The position numbers were made by a program, and so were the translations under genes. A DNA stretch of 64,000 bases from Candidatus Staskawiczbacteria bacterium (GTDB lineage: Bacteria > Patescibacteriota > Minisyncoccia > Minisyncoccales > Staskawiczbacteraceae): assembly GCA_026395175.1 (NCBI GenBank), contig JAPLZF010000019.1, positions 3,115 through 67,114 of the forward strand, in the 5' to 3' direction. Below the pieces are notes generated by a model. The model made no database searches and was not told the DNA's origin. It worked only from the letters and a program-made list of their open reading frames with translations. The stretch's first letter is position 1, and each line of letters opens with the position of its first letter. Positions 54,946 to 63,821 of the stretch are shown piece after piece.

Positions 54946-55482
54946 ATGCCAACGAATAAGATAAAAATGAAAGATAAAAAAGTCCTTGTCTTGATCGACT
55001 GGGACAATCTCTTTATATGCTTGTGCAATAGATTCGGGGCAGAAATACGCCTTGAATACCGAATACAAAAGTTATTGGAATGGGTGCAAAGCCAAATAGG
55101 AGAAATCCTCAAGGGGTATGGATTTGTTTTTGCTCCCGAACACTTGGCTGATTTTTATCAGAAATTGTGTACAGAGAATAATCTTAGGCTGATGATTTGC
55201 CCTAAACGGCAAACTGATGGAAAAGAAGAAGACACAGTGGACGCAACGCTAATCTGGTTTGCCAGGCTTATGATGAGGCATCCTGATGTTGGGTACATCT
55301 GCCTTGTCGCCGGCGACGATGATTACGTGGCAATGATGAAAGAAGCAGGACTGTGCGGAATCAAAAGGGTTCTTGCTCCGCCAACCATTGGCTCTTTGTC
55401 CAAAAACAAAAAACTGGTGGCAACGGCCGACAAACACCCTACAACATTGAAGAAAATGCTCTTAAGGATAGACACCTTATAG
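54946..55482 (+). CDS. NYN-domain (LabA/DUF88-like) putative ribonuclease
   Basis: VLVLIDWDNL near the N-terminus, VDATLI, CLVAGDDDY: acidic residues arranged as in PIN-like NYN nucleases; AAGGAG RBS before ATG 54946. Confidence 0.65.
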   Translation: MPTNKIKMKDKKVLVLIDWDNLFICLCNRFGAEIRLEYRIQKLLEWVQSQIGEILKGYGFVFAPEHLADFYQKLCTENNLRLMICPKRQTDGKEEDTVDATLIWFARLMMRHPDVGYICLVAGDDDYVAMMKEAGLCGIKRVLAPPTIGSLSKNKKLVATADKHPTTLKKMLLRIDTL

Positions 55483-55488
55483 AGATAT

Positions 55489-55513
55489 GCAGAGCTGACA
55501 ACTCTGCTTTTTT
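55489..55513 (+). terminator. Terminator after the NYN gene
   Basis: GCAGAG-ctgacaa-CTCTGC followed by TTTTTTATTTT. Confidence 0.7.
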
Positions 55514-55526
55514 ATTTTAAATAAGC

Positions 55527-55554
55527 TTGACAACAATTTGTTTTTGAGTATAAT
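55527..55554 (+). promoter_or_regulatory. Promoter of the 468-aa GC-rich gene
   Basis: TTGACA - 16 nt - TATAAT, about 65 nt before an AAAGGAG RBS. Confidence 0.65.
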
Positions 55555-55619
55555 ATAGGCAGTTCTTTGATTCGCTAAATTTTGCAGATTACACAACGCT
55601 CTAAGAAAGGAGCAACGAA

Positions 55620-57026
55620 ATGAGTACTCTCACGGAAAAGCCGGCAAAGAAGCCGACGACAAGGAAAGAGAAAACTGGGCTCGCGCAACTCGGCGACGTG
55701 GTCAAAGGGACTGTGCTGGCAATACCGAAGCTTCGGTCACTGCCCAACCTGAATGGTCTGACGACGACCGTCGAGGAGAAAATGAAATTGGCACGCCAAA
55801 TTGAAGAAGATGTGACGACCGCGGTGAAGTTTCTCGGCGACGCGCGATGCCGGCTCGAGGCGTGCCAAGACCACCTCGAGCGCAAGATAGTGAACTCCGA
55901 AGTGGCGCAACCGATGACCGAAATGAGAGAATACCTTAAGGGCGTACTCGCCCTCGAGGACTTGATTTATCGGTCAACCGCAGCAATGGCATACATGAAG
56001 GCAAGTTTCAGCCAGCAGTTCGCAAGCGAAGAAGAGGCTATCGAGATGCTGACTGGCTTGGTCAACCGCGGTCTCCTTGTTCATGGAAGCGTCAGTAGCG
56101 CCATTACCGTCGGATACAAACACTACGACATCTCGCGGGAATTCGGGCTGGACGAAACCGACATCGCCGATGTCAAGGATGTCATCGCGAAGTTCGCTCG
56201 CGTCCTGAAGACGTTGGTTCGCCTTCAGCGTCAAGCCGAGGTAAAGAAGGCGTTGAAAAACGCCGAAATCACCCTGGACCAAGCGCTGGACGGCGCCAAC
56301 GGCACATGCCTACTGGATATTCCAGCCGAGCAGTACGAGAAAAACGGAGAGACCTTATGGCGCGGTGGCGGACAAATGCTGGTGCGATTCACCAACGAGG
56401 AGGTGATACCCATTCAGGGCATCGGCTCCATTGAACAGAACGTAAAGGAAATGGTGGAGACAGACGTCCGTCTCAGGTGCAACACTCTTTTGTGGGATGT
56501 GCCTCCTGGAAGCGGTGAAACTGCTTTCGAGAAAGTCCGCACCGGAGTGATGCGGAGCATGGACCTCAGCTCCGGCGAGGCGAAGACCTACGTCAGCAAG
56601 ATGAGGATTCTGTGGTACTTTGTCCGCCGGGCAGTGAATGCCGCAAAAGACAAGGAAGCCACGGACAAACTCAAGGACGAGTTTCGTGGCAGGGCAACCA
56701 TCTCGGCAACGGAATTCTTCGGACTTAACGGCAACGGCGGACAACCCTGCCAAGGCACCGCGCTACTGGAGTTCGAGGGTTCGTTTATTGTGAAAGGTGG
56801 CGGAACGGTCCAACACCTTTTCCTCCTGGCGAAAAACTTGGAGGATGACGGCGAAATGGTCGTCGAGGTTGCGGAGGTGCCCGAGCATCTTCAGAAAATT
56901 CTCGGCGAGTTCGTCGGCAAGAAGTACTCCGCGAGAGATGACTTCGCCAGCTGCCCCGAGCAGTTGCGGAGAATCCTCCGAGGAATCCGAGGCCATGCGG
57001 ACATGGCACACGCGACCGCCGAGTAA
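55620..57026 (+). CDS. Hypothetical 468-aa protein, strongly GC-rich orphan
   Basis: long ORF with good RBS, own promoter and terminator; basic N-terminus (KPAKKPTTRKEK); no NTPase, nuclease or RT motif recognised by eye. Confidence 0.7.
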   Translation: MSTLTEKPAKKPTTRKEKTGLAQLGDVVKGTVLAIPKLRSLPNLNGLTTTVEEKMKLARQIEEDVTTAVKFLGDARCRLEACQDHLERKIVNSEVAQPMTEMREYLKGVLALEDLIYRSTAAMAYMKASFSQQFASEEEAIEMLTGLVNRGLLVHGSVSSAITVGYKHYDISREFGLDETDIADVKDVIAKFARVLKTLVRLQRQAEVKKALKNAEITLDQALDGANGTCLLDIPAEQYEKNGETLWRGGGQMLVRFTNEEVIPIQGIGSIEQNVKEMVETDVRLRCNTLLWDVPPGSGETAFEKVRTGVMRSMDLSSGEAKTYVSKMRILWYFVRRAVNAAKDKEATDKLKDEFRGRATISATEFFGLNGNGGQPCQGTALLEFEGSFIVKGGGTVQHLFLLAKNLEDDGEMVVEVAEVPEHLQKILGEFVGKKYSARDDFASCPEQLRRILRGIRGHADMAHATAE

Positions 57027-57060
57027 TCGGCGGAACACAATCTGCAAAGTTAGCGAGTAA

Positions 57061-57112
57061 AGGGCATCGTGATTCATACCTGTTGTGTGATAACGATGCC
57101 CTCTTTTATTTT
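57061..57112 (+). terminator. Terminator after the 468-aa gene
   Basis: AGGGCATCGT-22 nt-ACGATGCCCT followed by CTTTTATTTT. Confidence 0.7.
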
Positions 57113-57138
57113 GCAAGAAAATATGTTAAATTATTTAT

Positions 57139-58971
57139 ATGAACCCACTAATCAAAAATTTTATATTTGTAATATTAATCCTGCTTATTGTCGGCGGAAT
57201 TTTTAGCTTGCTTTATTTTCCAGCTACAACTCCCAATGTGATATCCACCACTCAATTGGTTTCCGATATAAATGCAAGCAAGGTTAAAAAAATTGTTGTT
57301 TCTGGAGACACTTTGAATATAACCTACACAGATAATAAAACTGCCACTTCAATGAAGGAAGCCGGCACAGGTTTGACTGACTTGCTGATAAATTTGGGAG
57401 TTGCCAAGGACAATTTGCAAAAAGTTGATGTTACAAATCAAACAGCCAAAGAGGATTTGTGGTCATGGCTCACTCCGCTTTTGGTGTTTGGAGTTTTGCC
57501 ATTAATTGTTTTTGGATTTTTCTTTTGGACCATGATAAAGCAGGCAAAAACCGGAGCTATGCAGGCGTTTGACTTTACAAAAGCCAAAGCTCGCCTTTTT
57601 GGAGCCGAAGGCCACGGAAAAGAAAGAATAACTTTTAAAGATGTAGCTGGCCTTAAAGAAGCTAAAGAAGAACTGGTTGAAATTGTGGACTTTTTAAAAT
57701 TTCCAAAAAAATATTTGGCAATGGGAGCCAAAATACCAAGAGGAGTTTTGCTTGTTGGAGCAGCCGGAGTTGGAAAAACTTTGCTGGCAAGAGCTGTCGC
57801 CGGCGAAGCCAATGTTCCTTTTTTATCTGTTTCAGGTTCTGAATTCGTTGAAATGTTTGTTGGTGTGGGTTCTGCCCGCGTAAGAGATTTATTTGCCACT
57901 GCTAAAAAATCGGCTCCGTCAATAATTTTTATTGATGAATTAGACGCAATTGGAAGACACAGAGGAAGTGGCTATGGCGGAGGGCACGACGAAAGAGAAC
58001 AGACTTTGAACCAAATTTTGGTTGAAATGGACGGCTTTGAAAAAGAAACAGGAGTTATTATTTTAGCTGCCACAAACAGGCCGGATATTTTAGACCCAGC
58101 TTTATTAAGACCTGGAAGATTCGACAGGAAAATTGTTTTAGATCCGCCCGATGTACACGACCGAGAAGAAATTTTAAAAATTCACTCAAAGGACAAGCCA
58201 TTGGGGGAAGACGTTAAATTTCAAGAAACAGCCGAAAGAACTCCAGGATTTTCCGGAGCTGATTTGGCCAACGTTGCCAACGAAGCTGCCTTGCTGGCAG
58301 CCCGCCAAAACAAAACGCAAGTTGACCAAAAAGAATTTTTGGAAGCAATTGAAAAAGTTTTATTGGGGCCTGAAAGAAAATCGCATATACTTTCTAAAAA
58401 AGAAAAGGAAATTGCAGCTTACCACGAAGCAGGACATGCTTTGGTTTCCACATTTATGCCAGAAACAGAGCCTGTAAGAAAAATTTCTATTATTGCAAGA
58501 GGCATGGCAGCAGGATATACTTTGCAAGTGCCTTCGGAAAGAAAAATGAAAACCAAAACCGGCTTCATTTCTGAAATTGCAACTTTGCTGGGCGGATGCA
58601 CGGCTGAAAAAATAAAATTTGGAGAAATGACAACCGGCGCTTCAAACGACTTGAGCCGGGCTTCAGACATGGCAAGAAGGCTGGTTAAGGAATATGGAAT
58701 GTCTTCTTTGGGACTTATAGCATTCGGTGAAAAAGATGAAATGGTGTTTTTGGGAAAAGAAATTTCAGAACAAAGAAATTACTCTGAAAAAATTGCCGAA
58801 AGAATTGACGAGGAAGTGGACATAATTATAAAAGGCGCGCAGAAAAAAGCAGAAGTGATTTTGATAAAACACACTAATTTATTGGACAAAGTTGCAAAAG
58901 ACTTAGTTGAGAAAGAAACAATTGAAAGAGAAGAATTTGAAAAACTGATTGGAAAAGTTAGCAAAAAATAA
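57139..58971 (+). CDS. ftsH: ATP-dependent zinc metalloprotease FtsH
   Basis: 610-aa ORF; Walker [12 protein letters not shown] region, HEAGHA zinc motif. Confidence 0.97.
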   Translation: MNPLIKNFIFVILILLIVGGIFSLLYFPATTPNVISTTQLVSDINASKVKKIVVSGDTLNITYTDNKTATSMKEAGTGLTDLLINLGVAKDNLQKVDVTNQTAKEDLWSWLTPLLVFGVLPLIVFGFFFWTMIKQAKTGAMQAFDFTKAKARLFGAEGHGKERITFKDVAGLKEAKEELVEIVDFLKFPKKYLAMGAKIPRGVLLVGAAGVGKTLLARAVAGEANVPFLSVSGSEFVEMFVGVGSARVRDLFATAKKSAPSIIFIDELDAIGRHRGSGYGGGHDEREQTLNQILVEMDGFEKETGVIILAATNRPDILDPALLRPGRFDRKIVLDPPDVHDREEILKIHSKDKPLGEDVKFQETAERTPGFSGADLANVANEAALLAARQNKTQVDQKEFLEAIEKVLLGPERKSHILSKKEKEIAAYHEAGHALVSTFMPETEPVRKISIIARGMAAGYTLQVPSERKMKTKTGFISEIATLLGGCTAEKIKFGEMTTGASNDLSRASDMARRLVKEYGMSSLGLIAFGEKDEMVFLGKEISEQRNYSEKIAERIDEEVDIIIKGAQKKAEVILIKHTNLLDKVAKDLVEKETIEREEFEKLIGKVSKK

Positions 58972-59039
58972 AAAATTATAAAAAAAATTCCCGATACCCT
59001 AATTATCACGATAGCGAAAATTAGAGTATCGGTAATGAG

Positions 59040-59111
59040 GGCCTGTAGCTCAGTGGTAGAGCACGTCTCTTATAAAGACGGGGTCGAAGGTCCGATCCCT
59101 TCCAGGCCCAC
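59040..59111 (+). tRNA. tRNA-Ile (anticodon UAU)
   Basis: acceptor GGGCCTG/CAGGCCC; anticodon stem CGTCT/AGACG loop CTTATAA. Confidence 0.85.
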
Positions 59112-59124
59112 AAAAGCAAAAAGT

Positions 59125-59133
59125 TATCCACTT
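59125..59133 (+). promoter_or_regulatory. TTATCCAC(T) box (8 of 9) upstream of HTH/LAGLIDADG-like paralog 2
   Basis: followed by TTGTCT - 17 nt - TAAAAT. Confidence 0.35.
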
Positions 59134-59192
59134 GTCTAATTTGCTTATGTACCTTAAAATAACAATATAAGTATAGTAATTCTTTGGTTTGT

Positions 59193-59879
59193 ATGCTAAC
59201 AGATTTAATAAAAAAAGAGTCAGCAATTAAACTCCGTAAAAAAGGAAAAAGCTATCGCGACATCGAAAATATTTTGAGCGTAAACCGTTCCACATTGAAT
59301 GGATGGCTAAAAAAGATTAAACTGACCAAAGAACAAAAAAATAAACTTCATAATAATTGGCTTAATGCGTTAGTCACTGCCAGAAAAAAAGCTGTTTTAT
59401 GGCATAACAAAGGCAGAAACGAAAGAAGGGAAAAAGCCAGAGAAGAAGTGGAAAAATTTGTTTCTAATATAGACATAGATAAAAATATACAGGAAATAAT
59501 ATTAGCCACGCTTTATTTAGCGGAGGGCGGAAAAACAGAGGATAGTTTTGCCTTAGCAAATTCAAACCCAGAAATATTATTAGGCGTCGTAAATCTTTTA
59601 AGAAAAGTATTTATCATCGACGAATCAAAATTTAGATGTTGTCTTCATTTGAGAAAAGATCAAGACGAAAAAATATTGAAAATTTTTTGGTCAAAAGCCC
59701 TAGATATTCCACTAGCTAAATTTTATAAAACCCAGTTCGATAAAAGAACAGTCAAAAAAACCTATACACATTATAAGGGCGTTTGCGTAGTTAATTATCT
59801 CGACATGGCGCTTCAAAGGAGAGTTCTTTATCTTGGAGAAAAATTATTAAAAATTATAAATAACAATACGGGCGATTAG
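59193..59879 (+). CDS. HTH plus LAGLIDADG-like domain protein, paralog 2
   Basis: ATG at 59193 (track uses TTG 59184); GKSYRDIENILSVNRSTLNGW; LYLAEGGKTEDSFALANSNPEIL; last 10 nt overlap tRNA-Val. Confidence 0.45.
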   Translation: MLTDLIKKESAIKLRKKGKSYRDIENILSVNRSTLNGWLKKIKLTKEQKNKLHNNWLNALVTARKKAVLWHNKGRNERREKAREEVEKFVSNIDIDKNIQEIILATLYLAEGGKTEDSFALANSNPEILLGVVNLLRKVFIIDESKFRCCLHLRKDQDEKILKIFWSKALDIPLAKFYKTQFDKRTVKKTYTHYKGVCVVNYLDMALQRRVLYLGEKLLKIINNNTGD

Positions 59880-59943
59880 CTCAGCCTGGGAGAGCGTTTC
59901 ATTGACATTGAAAAGGTCACAGGTTCAAACCCTGTATCGCCCA
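59870..59943 (+). tRNA. tRNA-Val (anticodon GAC)
   Basis: acceptor GGGCGAT/ATCGCCC; anticodon stem TTTCA/TGAAA loop TTGACAT. Confidence 0.88.
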
Positions 59944-59971
59944 CAAGTTTAATAAAATTAAATCTAAAAAT

Positions 59972-60184
59972 ATGGAAGGAGGATATACAATAGGCGCAGT
60001 AATAACGGGCATAATTGTTTTTATTGGTGTTTGGATTTATGCCATCGCTTCATGGGGATTTCTTATCGGGATCGCCATTGGTTGGCTTCCTGCTATTATC
60101 GCCGCACTCATCGCTGGCTTATTGTGGCCACTAATTGTTTTCGTTATCGTTATTTTTATTTTTTTAATAATGGCAAATTCCTAA
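59972..60184 (+). CDS. Small hypothetical membrane protein (70 aa)
   Basis: three hydrophobic segments; AGGAGG-like RBS (GGAAGGAGG within start region). Confidence 0.4.
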   Translation: MEGGYTIGAVITGIIVFIGVWIYAIASWGFLIGIAIGWLPAIIAALIAGLLWPLIVFVIVIFIFLIMANS

Positions 60185-60193
60185 TTGATTATT

Positions 60194-60901
60194 ATGGAAA
60201 TAAAAATAATATATCAAGACAAGGACGTATTGGTTGTTGACAAGCCAACTGGTTTAGTAGTGTTTCCCGAGGGAGAAAGTTTGAAAAGTGGTGAAAAAAC
60301 ATTAATTGATTATTTGATAGAGCAAAAACCAGAATTGGCGGACATCGGAAGTCCACCAAGGTATGGAATTGTACACAGGCTAGACAAAGACACTTCAGGA
60401 GTTTTATTGGTGGCAAAGAGCACAGAGGCCTTGATTTTTTTGCAAAATAGGTTTAAAAATAGAGAGGTAGAGAAACAATACGTTTGCTTGGTTGAAGGCA
60501 ACATGGAAAACGACTCTGGAATAATTGAAACTTTGATTGCCAGGGCAAAAGGAGACCCAAGAAAACAAAAAGCTTATTCTGCAATAAATGCTCCCAAGTC
60601 TGCCAGAGAAGCAGTTACAGAATATAAAGTTTTAGAACGCTATAAAGATTATACGCTTTTGGAAGTAAAAATAAAAACAGGCAGGCGACACCAAATAAGG
60701 TGCCATTTATCTTATTTACAGCACCCAATTGCAGGAGACAAATTATACGCTTTCAAGAATTCTAAAATACCCGAAGGACTGACAAGGCAATTCCTGCACG
60801 CGCAAAAACTTAAAATCCAATTACCAGGCGGAGAGACAAAAGAATTTTTGTCAGAACTGCCGGAAGAATTACAAAAAATACTTAATAATATAGCGAGATA
60901 A
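60194..60901 (+). CDS. RluA-family pseudouridine synthase
   Basis: HRLDKDTSGVLLVAK catalytic motif; TGRRHQIR; ATG at 60194. Confidence 0.88.
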   Translation: MEIKIIYQDKDVLVVDKPTGLVVFPEGESLKSGEKTLIDYLIEQKPELADIGSPPRYGIVHRLDKDTSGVLLVAKSTEALIFLQNRFKNREVEKQYVCLVEGNMENDSGIIETLIARAKGDPRKQKAYSAINAPKSAREAVTEYKVLERYKDYTLLEVKIKTGRRHQIRCHLSYLQHPIAGDKLYAFKNSKIPEGLTRQFLHAQKLKIQLPGGETKEFLSELPEELQKILNNIAR

Positions 60902-60980
60902 TGAATTTTTTCGAGGCGAAGGGTCCCTCCTGAAAGAGAAGGCTGAGCCGCAGGAAAAATTTATTGCCGAGCGATAAAAC

Positions 60981-61418
60981 ATGACAACATTATTAGAAAA
61001 ATTTAATAAAGAGCAAGAAAAAAAATTGCCAGATTTACGGCCAGGCGATACAATTAAGGTACACCAAAAAATCAAAGAGGGCGACAAAGAAAGAATCCAG
61101 ATTTTTGAAGGAATAATTATTGGCAAGAAGCACGGCTCGGGCATTTCAGCCACAATAACTGTCAGAAAAGTTGTTGACGGAGTTGGAGTGGAAAGAGTTT
61201 TCCCCATACATTCGCCATCCTTAGATAAAATAGAGGTTGTAAGACATGGAAAAGTTAGAAGGTCAAAACTTTACTATTTGAGGACAGCAAAAGGCAAAAA
61301 AGCCAGGCTTAAAAAGAAAGACTTTGCAGCAGCTATCGCCCCGGAACCCGCCTCCGAAGAGGCGAGCCTCGCCCCAGAAGGGCGGGAGCCAGAAGTTTCA
61401 ACTGAAGTAGCAGAATAA
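60981..61418 (+). CDS. rplS: 50S ribosomal protein L19 with acidic/Pro-rich C-terminal extension
   Basis: [35 protein letters not shown] typical L19; about 30 extra C-terminal residues. Confidence 0.93.
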   Translation: MTTLLEKFNKEQEKKLPDLRPGDTIKVHQKIKEGDKERIQIFEGIIIGKKHGSGISATITVRKVVDGVGVERVFPIHSPSLDKIEVVRHGKVRRSKLYYLRTAKGKKARLKKKDFAAAIAPEPASEEASLAPEGREPEVSTEVAE

Positions 61419-61425
61419 ATTCTGC

Positions 61426-61509
61426 GCGCGGGTGGCGAAATGGCAGACGCACTACCTTGAGGTGGTAGCGCCGCAAGGCATGCAGGTTCGACTCCTGTCC
61501 CGCGCACCA
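61426..61509 (+). tRNA. tRNA-Leu (anticodon GAG), CCA encoded
   Basis: acceptor GCGCGGG/CCCGCGC; loop TTGAGGT; long variable arm. Confidence 0.9.
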
Positions 61510-61514
61510 GCTTT

Positions 61515-61587
61515 GGACGATTAGCTCAGTTGGCAGAGCGTCTCATTTACACTGAGAAGGTCGCAGGTTCGAGCCCTGCATCGTCCA
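61515..61587 (+). tRNA. tRNA-Val (anticodon UAC)
   Basis: acceptor GGACGAT/ATCGTCC; anticodon stem TCTCA/TGAGA loop TTTACAC. Confidence 0.9.
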
Positions 61588-61607
61588 CATTTAAATAATA
61601 AAAACAT

Positions 61608-61684
61608 GCCGCGATAGCTCAGGTAGTTAGAGCGCCGGTCTGAAAAACCGTAGGTGGCCAGTGCAAGTCTGGCTCGCGGCACCA
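61608..61684 (+). tRNA. tRNA-Phe (anticodon GAA), CCA encoded
   Basis: acceptor GCCGCGA/TCGCGGC; loop CTGAAAA; atypical T-loop TGCAAGT. Confidence 0.85.
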
Positions 61685-61754
61685 AAAAATTATGCACATT
61701 GACTCAAATATAGACACTGGTATAATAGAATAAAAGATACAATACAATGTTTAT

Positions 61755-62424
61755 ATGACAAAGAAAGAAACTGCTATAAGTTTAAGGCAGAAAGGTAAAA
61801 CCTGCGGAGAAATCGTAACTATTTTGAATACTCCAAAAAGCACAATCTGGTCTTGGATTAAAAAATGCTTGCCTCTCCGAAAAAATCAGAAAAGAAATCT
61901 TAAATAAGAACAAAGGAAAATCCCGAAAAAACATACTTGATTATAATACAAAAGTTCGTCCTGCAGAGGCTGCAAAAATTAGAGACAATTGGACGAACCA
62001 AGCAAGAGAAGATATAAAAAATATTTCTCAAAAGGAGCTTAAATTAATTGGCAGTGCCCTTTATTGGGCGGAAGGAAACACTAAAAATAGAAACAGACTT
62101 CAGTTTAGCAATTGCAACCCACTTTTGATAAAGGTCGCTATTAAATTTTTCAGAGAAATTTGTAAAGTTCAGGATGATAAAATTTGCGCGAGGGTGCATA
62201 TTTACCCAGGACTAAACTATGGGAAAACACTAAAATTTTGGTCACAAATTACAAATTTACCAAAGAAAAATTTTTATCCGCCACAAATTCAAGTAAGCAG
62301 AGCAAGCAAAGGGAAAATGCCCAGAAATACGCTTCCTTATGGAACATTACATTTGACCGTATGCAATACAGAATTATCCAGTAGAGTAAAGGGTTGGATT
62401 CAGGGAATTTCAGAAAAAATTTAA
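61755..62424 (+). pseudogene. HTH plus LAGLIDADG-like paralog 3, interrupted by a +1 frameshift in an A6 run
   Basis: frame 1 MTKKETAISLRQKGKTCGEIVTILNTPKSTIWSWIKK stops 12 codons later; next frame continues ACLSEKIRKEIL...LYWAEGNTKNRNRLQFSNCNPLLIKV... to stop at 62424; shift at 61860..61865. Confidence 0.6.
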
Positions 62425-62427
62425 TCT

Positions 62428-62501
62428 GCGGGTGTAGCACAATGGTAGTGCATTTGGTTGCCAATCAAAGTACGTGGGTCCGATTCCCATCACCCGCTCC
62501 A
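62428..62501 (+). tRNA. tRNA-Gly (anticodon GCC), CCA encoded
   Basis: acceptor GCGGGTG/CACCCGC; loop TTGCCAA. Confidence 0.88.
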
Positions 62502-62639
62502 ATAAAAAACAGCAAAAATTTGCTGTTTTTTTGCGCGTTTTTCCATTTTTTAGCTGGCCATTTTTTTGAGCTTTAACCATTGACCTTGACCCCTAAAAGT
62601 GATATTATAATCAGTATACTTCTGCAAAGGAGTTTTTTT

Positions 62640-63131
62640 ATGAATACACTAAAAAGCTTAAAAAATAGCATCATTTTAACAGGGAAAATCCCTTTTGCCG
62701 GCGCCATATTTGCAGGCATTTTAGTCGGCATCTGCCTCTTTTCAGTGGCTATGCCTCGGGTAATTAATGCTGATTATGCCAATGCAACAAATGCCACATA
62801 TGTGGCTAAAGCTGCAAATGAGGCCAGAAAGGTTGTCAAGACAATTAGAGTTGTGGTTACAGCTTATTCAAGTGCTGAAAACCAGACAGACGAAACTCCG
62901 TTTATAACTGCTTCCAATAAGTATGTGAGAGACGGCATAATTGCAAACAATATGCTGCCCTTTGGGACAAAAGTCAGGATACCGAAATTATACGGAAATA
63001 AGGTTTTCGTAGTGGAAGACAGAATGAATAAAAAGAAAAGCGATTACCATATAGATATATGGATGCCGGAAGAACTTTTGGCAGTAAACTTTGGAGTGAA
63101 AACAGCTGAAATAGAAATATTGGAAAACTAA
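62640..63131 (+). CDS. 3D-domain (RlpA-like double-psi beta-barrel) cell-wall-associated protein
   Basis: start moved to MNTLKSLKN; TM helix; VVTAYSSAENQTDETPFITAS...VEDRMNKK...IDIWM. Confidence 0.7.
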   Translation: MNTLKSLKNSIILTGKIPFAGAIFAGILVGICLFSVAMPRVINADYANATNATYVAKAANEARKVVKTIRVVVTAYSSAENQTDETPFITASNKYVRDGIIANNMLPFGTKVRIPKLYGNKVFVVEDRMNKKKSDYHIDIWMPEELLAVNFGVKTAEIEILEN

Positions 63132-63143
63132 ACAAACAAAAAA

Positions 63144-63171
63144 ACACCCCCGCTAAGCGGGGGTGTTTTTT
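63144..63171 (+). terminator. Terminator after the 3D-domain gene
   Basis: ACACCCCCGC-taa-GCGGGGGTGT followed by TTTTTT. Confidence 0.8.
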
Positions 63172-63309
63172 ATTTACTTTGTGCTCAACATTTCCCCATT
63201 ACCGAACTATTGAAAATATATCCACTGGCCAAACTGAGCATGGAACGAATGGAGAGAATGACCTTTTTCTCAAGATTATCACAAGAAACAGCAAAAATCA
63301 ATTAATACT

Positions 63310-63549
63310 ATGGCAGAACAAAAAACAATTTCAATTACAGCCGAGATCAAAAAGAAACTGCATGAGATCCCGGAGGGCCAGCAAAAAACATACCTTGAGC
63401 TCTTGGTTAACCGGATTATAAAACAGGCAGTGGTGGACGGTAACGAGGAAATGATAATGCAAATCTGGAGTTATATTTATAGCCCGCCAGGGCCAGAGGC
63501 GCCGGCCTCGCCGGTGGTTAATATAGATGTTTTAGGCAAAAATGGATAG
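63310..63549 (+). CDS. Hypothetical protein (79 aa)
   Basis: ORF only; GC-richer Pro/Ala C-terminal tail. Confidence 0.3.
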   Translation: MAEQKTISITAEIKKKLHEIPEGQQKTYLELLVNRIIKQAVVDGNEEMIMQIWSYIYSPPGPEAPASPVVNIDVLGKNG

Positions 63550-63821
63550 AAATCCGAAGTTCGCCTTGACTTGTGAAACCCTTTCGCGCACCCTTTTGAC
63601 AGACAGTTGAAAAATGGCAAGCGTGGGTTCAAAATGAGGCAGTTGGATGGAATAAAGCATTTTACTGGCTGTTGCAAAGGAAAAATCGGATATAATCTGA
63701 CACAATCGTACATAGCTGGCATAATACATATATGCCGTTGTTTTGTTGCCATAATAAAATTGGCATATTCAATGTTTACAAGAAGCACTTTTTTCTATAA
63801 AATGACTTAAAGAATAAGTTT

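Noticed and set aside
55601-57116. Several 60-132-aa minus-strand ORFs and an 87-aa plus-strand ORF overlapping the 468-aa gene
   Set aside because: High GC suppresses stop codons in all frames. The 468-aa frame is the only one with an RBS, promoter, terminator and full-length coverage.
63550-63821. 103-aa and 65-aa minus-strand ORFs, a 67-aa plus-strand ORF, and scattered GGCATAATA-like repeats in this spacer
   Set aside because: The translations are Cys/Phe/Pro-rich with no RBS. The short repeats are too degenerate to call operators. The region is left as unannotated intergenic DNA.
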